Of a stretch of DNA of 64,000 nt, positions 52,001-61,200 are shown one piece after another. Below the pieces are notes generated by a model. The model ran no database searches and was not told where the DNA came from. It worked only from the letters and a program-made list of their open reading frames with translations. Source of the DNA: Heteronotia binoei (Eukaryota); assembly GCF_032191835.1 (NCBI RefSeq), contig NC_083224.1, positions 190,774,001 to 190,838,000 of the forward strand, given 5' to 3'. Position numbers and translations under genes: made by a program. Within the stretch, counting starts at the first letter, position 1. The number at the start of each line of letters is the position of its first letter.

Positions 52001-55000
52001 GGAGGCGTGGCTTTCTGCATGTTTCCCCGTGGCTGACCATCTGCCTCCTCCGTTTCTTGCAGCCCCCGGAGCAGCCGCCGTTCCCTCCCCACCAGGGCCC
52101 TCCCCACTGCCCCCCCTGGAACAGCAACCACGAGGGGATGTGGAACGAGCAGAGGGAGCCCGGGTGGAACAGCCAGCGCGAAGCCCCCTGGAACAGCCAG
52201 CCCGACCCCTCCTGGAACAACCAGTTTGAGGCCCCCTGGAACAACCAGCACGAGCAGCCCCCCTGGGGCGGGGGCCAGAGGGAGCCCCCCTTCCGCATGC
52301 AGCGCCCCCCTCACTTCCGGGGGCCTTTCCCCCCCCATCAGCAGCACCCCCAGTTCAACCAGCCGCCGCACCCCCACAACTTCAACCGCTTCCCCCCTCG
52401 CTTCATGCAAGACGACTTCCCGCCTCGACACCCCTTTGAGAGGCCCCCGTATCCCCACCGCTTTGACTACCCGCAAGGGGACTTCCCGCAGGGTGAGTGG
52501 CAGCTGGGGGGCAACTGGGTCTCGTCTGCACCGGCCGGAAGCTCTGGGGCTCGGCTGCCCTTCCTGCCGCCTGGTACTCCTGCCCTTACGGCTCTGCAGG
52601 AATTTGCCTCCGGGGGGGGGGAGGAGGGAGGGGGGAAGCCAGAATGAGGCTGCCATTGGCCTTGGGGGGTTTGCTATGGGTTTGTTTCATCCACTTTGAC
52701 TTCTGCACTGGGCCCTGAAAGGTTCCTCACAGAATCCAGTGCTTCTCAGCTGACTAAGAATTGGCTCTCCCTCACTCACGCCACCTCTGGCCAGTTCCTC
52801 TGCCTGTGCTGGCAGCAGCCTTCTTAGGCACTTCGGATCCGCTTTCCCCCCTGCCCACCAGGAGGCGTCTCTGATGCCATCCTGCCTGCCTGCCTGCCTG
52901 CTGGGGAGTAGCCATTGAAAAAGTACCCTAAATGCTGGGTCCGGGGTGGCAGGAGAGAACACTCTCCTTTCAAGAGGAGACGGTGGCCACAGCCAGGCCA
53001 GTGGTCTGGTTATATTTGGTGTAGTGGTTAAGTGTTTGGACTCTTATTTGGGAGAACGAAGTTTGATTCCCCACTCCTCCACTTGCAGCTGCTGGAACGG
53101 CCTTGGGTCAGCCAGAGCTCTCGTAGGAGTTGTCCTTGAAAGGGCAGCTTCTGGGAGAGCTCTCTCAGCCCCCCACCCACCTCACAGGGTGTCTGTTGTG
53201 GGGGAAGGAGAAGAAGAAGATACTGGATTTATATCCCGCCCTCCACTCCGAAGAGTCTCAAGAGCGGCTCACAATCTCCTTTACCTTCCTCCCCAACAGA
53301 CACCCTGTGAGGCGGGTGGGGCTGAGAGAGCTCTCCCAGAAGCTGCCCTTTCAAGGACAGAGTCTCAGAGCGACCTACAATCTCCTTTCCCTTCCACCCC
53401 CACAACAGACACCCTGTGAGGTGGGTGGGGCTGAGAGAGCTCTCCCAGAAGCTTCTCTTTCAAGACAGAGTCTCAGAGCGGCCTACAATCTCCTTTATCT
53501 TCCTCCCCCACAACAGACACCCTGTGAGGTGGGTGGGGCTGGAGAGGGCTCTTACAGCAGCTGCCCTTTCAAGGACAACCTCTGCCAGAGCTATGGCTGA
53601 CCCAAGGCCATGCTAGCAGCTGCAAGTGGAGGAGTAGGGAATCAAACCCGGTTCTCCCAGATAAGAGTCCGCACACTTAACCACTACACCAAACTGTAGT
53701 GTAGATTGTGAGCTGCTCTGAGTCTGATTCAGAATCGTCTTTTGCCCCATCTCGAATGGGTGCGCATTTCTTTCTTTGCAGAGATCGGCCCTCCGCATCA
53801 CCACCCTGGGCATCGTATGCCGCACCCCGGCATCAGCGAGCACCCTCCCTGGGGTGGCCCCCAGCACCCTGACTTTGGGCCACCTCCGCACGGATTTAAC
53901 GGGCAGCCTCCACACATGCGCAGGCAGGGCCCCCCTCACGTCAACCACGACGACCCCAGCCTGGTGCCAAACGTCCCCTACTTTGACCTGCCGGCTGGCC
54001 TCATGGCTCCCCTTGTGAAGGTAAGCGGCACCAGCGGCTGACCTCCCTGCAACAAACGGAGATGCTGCATCGTGTTGCGCCGCTTCCTCCTCCTCCTGCT
54101 GCTGCCGCCGCCACCGCCTTTGACCCCGCCGGCCTCTCTTCACCCTGGGTCCTGGATGCCTGGCCTGGAGGCTGTTGCTCCTTGGACGGGTGTGAGAGAG
54201 AGAGAAGCGCATTTGTGCTGGGGGCTCCGGGAGAGTTCTGGGCTGGGTCAGCTGTGCCTCGCCTCTGCTTGCTCGTCTCCCCTGACGGGATCGTTTGCTG
54301 CCCAGAGGTGGTGGTTCTCCTGGGCTCCATTCCTTATGAAGATGGCCTTGTCTTTCCCAGCTGGAGGACCACGAGTACAAGCCTTTGGACCCGAAGGACA
54401 TCCGCCTGCCCCCACCCATGCCCCCCAACGAGAGGCTGCTGGCTGCTGTGGAAGCCTTTTACAGCCCCCCCTCCCACGACAGGCCCAGGAACAGGTACGG
54501 AGAGCTGGCCCCGGGGGGGCGGGGTGTGTGTGTGTGATGCTGAGCGGCAGCTGCCTGACTCCTGATGAGAGCCAGTTTGGTGTAGTGGTTAAGTGTGCGG
54601 ACTCTTATCTGGGAGAACCGGGTTTGATTCCCCACTCCTCCACTTGCACCTGCTAGCATGGCCTTGGGTCAGCCATAGCTCTGGCAGAGGTTGTCCTTGA
54701 AAGGGCAGCTGCTGTGAGAGCCCTCTCAGCCCCACCCACCTCACAGGGTGACTGTTGTGGGGGAGGAAGGTAAAGGAGATTGTGAGCCGCTCTGAGACTC
54801 TTCGGAGTGGAGGGCGGGATGTAAATCCAATATCTTCTTCTTCTTCTTCTTCTTGGTGTTGCTGCTTCTTCCAGCGAGGGCTGGGAGCAGAACGGCCTCT
54901 ATGAGTTCTTCAGAGCCAAGATGCGGGCCCGGCGGCGGAAGGGCCAAGAGAAGAGGAACAGGTGAGAGCGGCTGTGGCGAGCTTCCTAGGCAGGCAGGGG

Positions 55001-57530
55001 CTGGGGAAGAGCCCCCCCTCGAGGTGGTGCTGCTGGGCTGGTGCACCCCTGTCTGCCTCCTGGGAAGGAAATGGGACTCTGGGAGGGAGTGTCGTGGCAC
55101 AGGACTGGGCTGGGGAGCCCCCCAAGAGCAGCGGCATCTTGCTTTTTGTCCTGACTGTGTCTCTCCATTCGTTCTTACTCCCCCAAACTTCTGGTATTCT
55201 TTTCCTCCCCCTTTTGTTTTGGCCTCTGGAGCGTTCCAGCCCCCCCGAGGGAGGGGGGAGTGGATGCTCTGTGTGCCCTTCTGAGGTGGGGGGGGGCGGA
55301 GTTCTTGACATTAGTTCTTGGCCTGCTTGCTTAACCCTCTTGCCTGCTTCTCCTCCTCGCCCGGGGCAGTGGGCACTCCCGCTCCCGCAGCAGATCCAAG
55401 AGCAGGGGCCGCTCCTCTTCCCGCTCCAATTCGAGGTCCTCCAAGTCATCCGGCTCTTACTCGAGGTCCCGCTCCAGATCATGCTCGCGCTCTCGCTCCT
55501 ACTCCCGCTCGCAGTCCAGGTAAGGGAAAGGAGGCTGCTGGTCCAGGCGGCAAGGGAGGGCCTTTTCCTCAGGGAGGAGGTGGGCAGGGAGTAGGAGGGC
55601 AGCGGCTGGGCTATTCGTGGGCCAAGGAGGAGGGAAAGGAACTTTAACTTCTCTCCAGCTCATTTTCCTTGGGGGGGTGGGGGGGCTTGTTTGCTTATTG
55701 GATGGAACTGGAGGTCTCTGGGACTGCCAGCCAGTGATACAGCTGGGGCAGAGGAGCCCAGCAGTTTGGCCATCAAGCTGTCCCCTAAGGGCCCCACCCC
55801 AAACCCACCTGAAGCTGCCCTCGGAAGCTGTCTGTGCTCAAGAGGGGGGAACGGACTTTGTGTCGCTTTCTGCTTTTCCAGGAGCCGGAGCCGGTCGCGC
55901 TCTTCTCGAAGCCGCTCACGGTCCAGGTCCCGCTCCAAATCCTACTCCCCTGGGAGGCGGCACCGGTCCCGATCTCGCAGCCAAACGCCTCCGTAAGTCC
56001 TCTCCTCCGCTCATCCCCGAGCAGCTTCCAGTCCAGGGGGCTGCCTGGGTGCTCACAAGCCAGTGGGCCGGGCCGGTGTCCTGGGCAGGCAGGCGGTGGG
56101 GGGTGGGGGAGACGTGACACCCGCCTCAGCTGCTGGACCTTCCTTACCCGGGACTTTGCCCCTGTAGTTCCTCGGCCGGGCTGGGCTCCAGCTCTGGGGG
56201 TCACGTCTCGGAATCCAGGCTGGGGGAGGAAAACAAAGGACACCAGATGCTCGTGAAGATGGGTGAGCTGCTCTCTATCCTTGCCGGCGGCTTTTCCCCG
56301 AGCCAGAGCCAGAAGAGCCACTCCCCCTGCAGCCTCCTGCAAGCGCTACCCTGTGCTCCCCACTCCTGCTCCTCCAGGGTTCTTCTCAAACAAGCTGGAT
56401 GACCAGGGATTCTTCCCAGCATGGGCAGGGTCTGTGGGAGGTGGCAGCTGGCCTCTTTGCCCATAATGGTTGTGGTGAAGCAAAGACCGTTCAGCCGGGG
56501 GGGGGGGGGGGGGGGCGGTGTCTGCAGAACGGAGTGGAGTGCAGGGACAGCACTTGGTCTGGGCTGCAGCTAGCTGGAGGGCTCAGGGGGCTGCAGATGG
56601 GACCTGAACTCGGAGCTGCCAGTACTCCTGTGGCTGTCAAGAGGGAAGCTGGCCACCCTACGCTCATCCCTGTGGGGCAGCGTCCCCACTAGTTGCCTCA
56701 ATGAGGGGGATGGGTCAGCTGACTGTCCTGAAGGACCACTCTGGCTGGGCCCTGCGTCATCCGTGGGTTAATTTCCCCCTTCCCTCTTTGGGGAGGCTGC
56801 GGCTTCCTATGTCCAGCCCATTTCTGTAGAGCTGCCCTTGGCGGCTGACCTCGCCCTCCTGGCCTCCATTTCATCCTCACAAGACCCCTGTGAGAGGGTG
56901 GAGAGAGAGAAGGCGGTTTCCAGGGCAGAGGGGAGATTCGAACCTGGGCCTCGGAGATCCCAGCCCAAGACTTCAACCACAGCCCCCTCTGACTGCTTAG
57001 CTGCAGGAAGCTCCACCTGGGCGGCTTCCTCTGGTCTGTCCCCCCCTCTCCTCCCTGGGGGTTCAGGTCAAGGGGTTGTGCCTGCTGGTCCCTCTGAGGC
57101 CGGACCTTCCCTGGGGGGAATCTCACGCTGCTGCCTGGAGTGGCCTTTTCTGCTTCTGTCCCTGAGGGCCAGGGAGGGGAGGAGGGCGGGCCTTCTTTCC
57201 CCTGCTGCGATTGGCCTGTGCTTTTGTTGTGTTCCAGGGTGGAGTGGCTCTGGGGGCTTGGGGGCCAAGGAGCAGGGAATCCAGGATCCCATCAAAGGGG
57301 GAGACATCCGAGACAAGTGGGATCAGTACAAGGGGGTGGGCGTGGCCTTGGACGACCCCTACGAAAACTACCGGAGGAACAAGAGCTACTCCTTCATCGC
57401 TCGCATGAAGGCCAGAGACGAAAGTAAGTGGGGCTCCTGGACCACAGCAGACCCACCCACCCCCCAAGCATCCCTAAAGCTGAGAAGCCCCACAGAATGC
57501 CCCCCTCCCTCCCCTGGCGGCTTGTGCTGA
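42772..57530 (+). CDS. CHERP: Calcium homeostasis ER protein / U2 snRNP-associated splicing factor (SURP, CID, Pro/His-rich, RS and G-patch domains); 17 coding exons; 965 aa if exon 17 reads through to TGA 57530
   Basis: join(42772..42814,43584..43757,48633..48817,49292..49429,49773..49924,50076..50187,50296..50385,51371..51650,51786..51970,52063..52492,53782..54020,54361..54494,54875..54961,55370..55519,55882..55992,56168..56262,57238..57423 or 57530). SURP motif [17 protein letters not shown]-patch [23 protein letters not shown]. All phases consistent. Confidence 0.96.
43584..43757 (+). CDS. CHERP: CHERP exon 2 (SURP)
   Basis: [24 protein letters not shown]...LALEQQQ. Confidence 0.97.
44240..46300 (-). 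mobile_element. Nested CR1 LINE debris in CHERP intron 2
   Basis: Translations [19 protein letters not shown]...[35 protein letters not shown]. Confidence 0.8.
46857..48560 (+). repeat. 134-bp tandem array (about 13 units) derived from a CR1-type 3' end, with a 536-bp higher-order period
   Basis: Unit starts at 46983, 47117, 47251, 47385, 47519, 47653, 47787, 47921, 48055 and 48189. Identical ORFs recur at 47067/47603 and 47469/48005. Confidence 0.93.
48633..48817 (+). CDS. CHERP: CHERP exon 3
   Basis: LCKQSQEME...[22 protein letters not shown]. Confidence 0.95.
49292..49429 (+). CDS. CHERP: CHERP exon 4
   Basis: EQITSAIA...[11 protein letters not shown]. Confidence 0.96.
49773..49924 (+). 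CDS. CHERP: CHERP exon 5 (CID)
   Basis: [11 protein letters not shown]...[11 protein letters not shown]. Confidence 0.96.
50076..50187 (+). CDS. CHERP: CHERP exon 6
   Basis: [22 protein letters not shown]...QQKIAR. Confidence 0.96.
50296..50385 (+). CDS. CHERP: CHERP exon 7
   Basis: [30 protein letters not shown]. Confidence 0.96.
50527..50798 (+). mobile_element. Squam3 SINE in CHERP intron 7
   Basis: Full head-to-tail match. Confidence 0.85.
51371..51650 (+). CDS. CHERP: CHERP exon 8
   Basis: [15 protein letters not shown]...[12 protein letters not shown], donor GTGGGG. Confidence 0.9.
51786..51970 (+). CDS. CHERP: CHERP exon 9
   Basis: EEGKAPLPL...[22 protein letters not shown]. Confidence 0.92.
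52063..52492 (+). CDS. CHERP: CHERP exon 10
   Basis: [12 protein letters not shown]...[12 protein letters not shown]. Confidence 0.96.
53013..53696. mobile_element. Adjacent inverted Squam3 pair: (+) 53013-53209 and (-) 53210-53696, the latter with 109-bp units
   Basis: Sense head and body abut the tail of an antisense copy. Confidence 0.85.
53782..54020 (+). CDS. CHERP: CHERP exon 11
   Basis: [13 protein letters not shown]...[14 protein letters not shown]. Confidence 0.96.
54361..54494 (+). CDS. CHERP: CHERP exon 12
   Basis: [19 protein letters not shown]...HDRPRN. Confidence 0.96.
54567..54854 (+). mobile_element. Full-length Squam3 SINE in CHERP intron 12
   Basis: A and B boxes, (TCT)n tail ending 20 nt before the acceptor. 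Confidence 0.9.
54875..54961 (+). CDS. CHERP: CHERP exon 13
   Basis: [29 protein letters not shown]. Confidence 0.96.
55370..55519 (+). CDS. CHERP: CHERP exon 14 (RS)
   Basis: [25 protein letters not shown]... Confidence 0.94.
55882..55992 (+). CDS. CHERP: CHERP exon 15 (RS)
   Basis: [12 protein letters not shown]...[18 protein letters not shown]. Confidence 0.94.
56168..56262 (+). CDS. CHERP: CHERP exon 16 (G-patch start)
   Basis: [31 protein letters not shown]. Confidence 0.95.
57238..57530 (+). CDS. CHERP: CHERP exon 17; homologous part ends at 57423, where a GTAAGT donor follows
   Basis: [22 protein letters not shown]...[13 protein letters not shown]. Read-through reaches TGA at 57528-57530, so the 3' boundary is uncertain. 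Confidence 0.8.
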
Positions 57531-57917
57531 AGGGGGGGGGGCGCTGTCCTTCCTCCTCTCTTACACAGCCCTTTCCTCCCTCAGGCTAATGGGAGCGGAG
57601 AGAGCCCCCCCATCGCTGCAGCCGGAGGAGGAGGGGGGGCATTTACTGCTCTGAAAGGCATGGAGTTCTTTGGCGTTTCCGAACACACCTTCCCAATGGA
57701 AACCGGAGGGAGTGCTGTAGGCTCCACCACCACCCCCCAAAGCGTTCCTAGAAACTGCCTCCTGAAAGCTTTCCTTTCTTAGCAACTGAACGTGGAGACC
57801 TCCCTCCCCTCCCCTGCAGCTCTTCTCTTTGAAGTAGCCCCTCCCTCCTGTAGACGTGAGCAGCTGTGAAGCCCCAGCGGGTCGGCTGCCATCTTGTCCT
57901 GGGTGCTGTTGCCTTCT

Positions 57918-57958
57918 AATAAACAGACTCTTTTGTTATCTGAGGACTGGGCTTTATT
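57918..57958. terminator. Facing poly(A) signals: AATAAA(+) for CHERP and AATAAA(-) for C19orf44
   Basis: aataaa at 57918-57923 and tttatt at 57953-57958. Confidence 0.65.
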
Positions 57959-58206
57959 TGCAGAAGGGGAAGGGAAGCGGCCCCAGAACCACCTTTCCCG
58001 GCTTGGCTGTCTTGTTCGTGAAGGATGTGGCCTGCAGCTCAGTGGCCCTTCCACTGGCCAGCCTGAAGTCCCGGGGCGGGGGGGGGGGGTTGATAACCGC
58101 CTCTTCTGCTGCCATTCAGGGTGTCCCTCCCCTGCTGCAGAGCCCCCCATGCAGTCGTTTTGGAGGTGGTCTTGCTGTCTGCCTCCGCTTCTCCTGTCCC
58201 GAAGGT

Positions 58207-58290
58207 CTAACCAGCCGCTTGCTTCTCTTCTTCCAGCTCGTGCAAAGCTTGCTCCAGGGTCAGAGGTGGGCACTTGTGGTGGTCAATGTA
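58207..58290 (-). CDS. C19orf44: C19orf44 last coding exon
   Basis: [27 protein letters not shown], acceptor ttgcag. Confidence 0.88.
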   Translation of the reverse strand, partial: YIDHHKCPPLTLEQALHELEEEKQAAG

Positions 58291-61200
58291 CTGCAAGGGA
58301 ACAGAAGAGGTGGGGAGCCTGAGTGAGGCAGGCCCTGCGAGTGAAGACCCCCTCCAGGGTGGGGCTGCTGCCATGGGCGAGGCCTCCAGGGGGGGGACCA
58401 GCCCCTCCCCCATTTGCACTCAGTCTCACGTTGGGTGACTTGAGCGCCCCCCAGGCCTCAGACACTGGGATTCTGCCCCCCGCCCCCCAGCAGCAGCTCT
58501 GATGGGAGAAGGCTGGCGTTCAGTGCAAGGTTTCTGGAGTCCCCTTCCTCCATCCACAGATGGGTTCTTCTCAAGCAGACTGGATGACTAATGCCCAGTG
58601 TGACCAGGATCGGGGGGAGGGATGTTGCAGCAGCTGCCTCCCATATTTGCCCAGAATGGTTGCGGTGAGGGAAAGACTATTCAGCCGGGCCATCTCCTGG
58701 GAGTGTCTGCAACCAGAGTGGAGGTGGGGACAGCACTTCGCCTGTGCTTGGCAGGGCAGGGCTGGAGATGGGTCAGGGCCTGAACTTGAGCCGCCAGAGC
58801 TCCTCAGACATAAGAACATAAGAGAAGCCATGTTGGATCAGGCCAGTGGCCCATCCAGTCCAACACTCTGTGTCACACAGTGGCCAAAATATATATGTAC
58901 ACATACACACACACTGTGGCTAATAGCCACTGATGCACCTCTGCTCCATATTTTTATCCAATCCCCTCTTGAAGCTGGCTATGCTTGTAGCCGCCACCAC
59001 CTCCTGTGGCAGTGAATTCCACGTTAATCACCCTTTAGGTGAAGGACTTCCTTTTATCCGTTTTAACCCGACTGCTCAGCAATTTAATTGAATGCCCGTG
59101 AGTTCTTGTATTTTGAGAAAGGAAGGACTTCTTTCTCTACCTTCTCCATCCCATGCATTATCTTGTAAACTTCTATCATGTCACCCCGCAGTCGACGTTT
59201 CTCCAAGCTCAAGAGCCCCAAGCGTTTTAACTTTTCTTCATAGGGAAAGTGTTCCAAATCTTTAATCATTCTATTTGCCCTTTCTGCACTTTTTCCAATG
59301 CTATAATACCCTTTTTGAGGTGCGGTGACCAGAATTGCACACAGTATTCCAAATGAGACCACACCATCAATTTATACAGGGGCATTATTATACTGGCTGA
59401 TTTGTTTTCAATTCCCTTCCTAATAATTCCCAGCATGGCGTTGGCCTTTTTTATTGCAATTCTTCCCAACAGCTTCCTCCACAACAGTGCTCAAGCTGGC
59501 ATGTTCTGAACCAGCTGCAGAGTCTAGGCTGTTCCTACCCAGAGCGCTACAGTGCCCAACTACAAGGTTAGAAAAGCATAATTTGGTGTGGCCATGTCAG
59601 CTGTGTGGAAGAAAAGAGTGAGCAAGCCAAAAACAGCTGGGAAGACACTCTCGCACCTAAACAGCAAAGCCCTCATACCAGCTCCATATCCCAGCTGCTA
59701 AGGATGGCAGTGGAAGCTGGTAATGTCAACTGAGTTCAAAGGCCATCAGTAGATCTAACAATATCGACACAAATGACTGCCCCTTGCCCACCTTTCAACA
59801 GAGATCATCTCAAACTCAGGACTGAAAAGGATGTGGCATCCGAAAGCCTTCAGAGCTGCTCCCCCACCACATGCCTGCCTTCCGGTAGAGTGGAAGTCGG
59901 AGAGCTGCCTCTTGCCAAGGCCTGGGGGGGGGAGCGGCCCTTCTGTCCCAGAGGCCCTAACCTTTGCAGCCCAAGGCTCCAGATCCTTTTCCCAGCACGG
60001 CTTCAGAAGCCAGGATGGGCAGGAAGTGGCAGCGCTCACAGCACTCCCAAGGCCCCTGCCAGCAATAGAGTGGGCAAGAGCAGCCTTAGTCCCTCCAGAA
60101 CGAGAGGACAAGAAGGTGCTGCTGCAGCCAGAGCAGACAAGAGACCTGCCAAACCAGACAGCCGAGGACCCTCGGAGCCTCACTCCTCGCTTAGCAGGGA
60201 CTCGGGAGAGCAGAAAGGAGGTCGCAAAGCTGCCCAAACAGCCCAGGGGGCTTGAGGCCACCCTGTTCCTGCCGCCAAACCGGACAGCTGAGGGCTCTTT
60301 GAGCATTACTCAAAGCATTACTCGGTGGCCAGATCCCCCCCTAGCAGGGACTTGGGAGGGCAGAAAGGGCACAAAGCTGCCCAAACAGCCCAGGGGGCCT
60401 GAGGCCTCCCTATTCCGACTCCCAAAACAACTCCCTATCAGATGACTTGGAAAGAGAGGTGCCAGTTACTGAATGTTTAGAAGAATAAGTTGTACTATAT
60501 TTGTACCTATCAGCTTTTAATTGCTATAATAAGGGAGTCAGTTGTTGAGAGAAAAAGCAGAGAATACCTGTCGCTAAGACTGTTCCAGATTAAGAAAGTG
60601 GTAATTTTTTTAAAAAAATATGTTTTTAAGAAGTTTACATTCCACCAGGGAAACCTGCTATGCAGGGTAATTCTAAAGGCCTCCTGCAGTCAAGTGGTGT
60701 AAGGCTCTCTTGGCTTCTTGAGGCAAAAATTATCCTCTCCTCCTCCCACCAAAAGGCCTGTCAGCAAATCTTACCCTCTTGGCTTCTTCCAGGGTGTGGT
60801 AGTGGAATTCCTCCTCCTCCAGCAGGGCCACGAAAGACAAATGAAGGTGGCGGCTAGCCTTGACAAACTGCTGGATAAGTAGCAAGTTCTGCTTTAACGT
60901 GTCATTTAAGGCTGATACGGCAGGTCTGTATGATGTCAGTTCTGCAAACAGGAGACCCAGCGCCGGCCTGAGAGAAATCCTGGCTGCAGGCTAGCGTGAG
61001 CCTTCCTCCCCATCCAGACAGTGCCCCTGCCCAACCCCCTGTGAGCCAGTATGGTCTACGGAAGGGTTCCTTCACGGACTGCAGGTCCTCCCTCCCGTCT
61101 TCCTCCCTGGGGCATCACTTGGTGGAAAGGGTTACACAGCGGGGCTTGGCACAAGTTCAACATCTCCCCCCGCCAGGGTTTGTGTAACCCCGCCCTGGGA

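Noticed and set aside
54567-54640. tRNA-like sequence with A and B boxes (also at the other SINE heads)
   Set aside because: These are SINE heads continuing into SINE body and tail. I see no complete cloverleaf.
48317-56342. Multiple 150-290 aa antisense ORFs over CHERP (and over MED26 exon 3)
   Set aside because: Shadow ORFs of GC-rich, repetitive coding sequence.
56497-56515. G19 run (and other G/C homopolymers) as G-quadruplex candidates
   Set aside because: Common throughout this GC-rich locus, with lengths unreliable in assemblies and no specific support.
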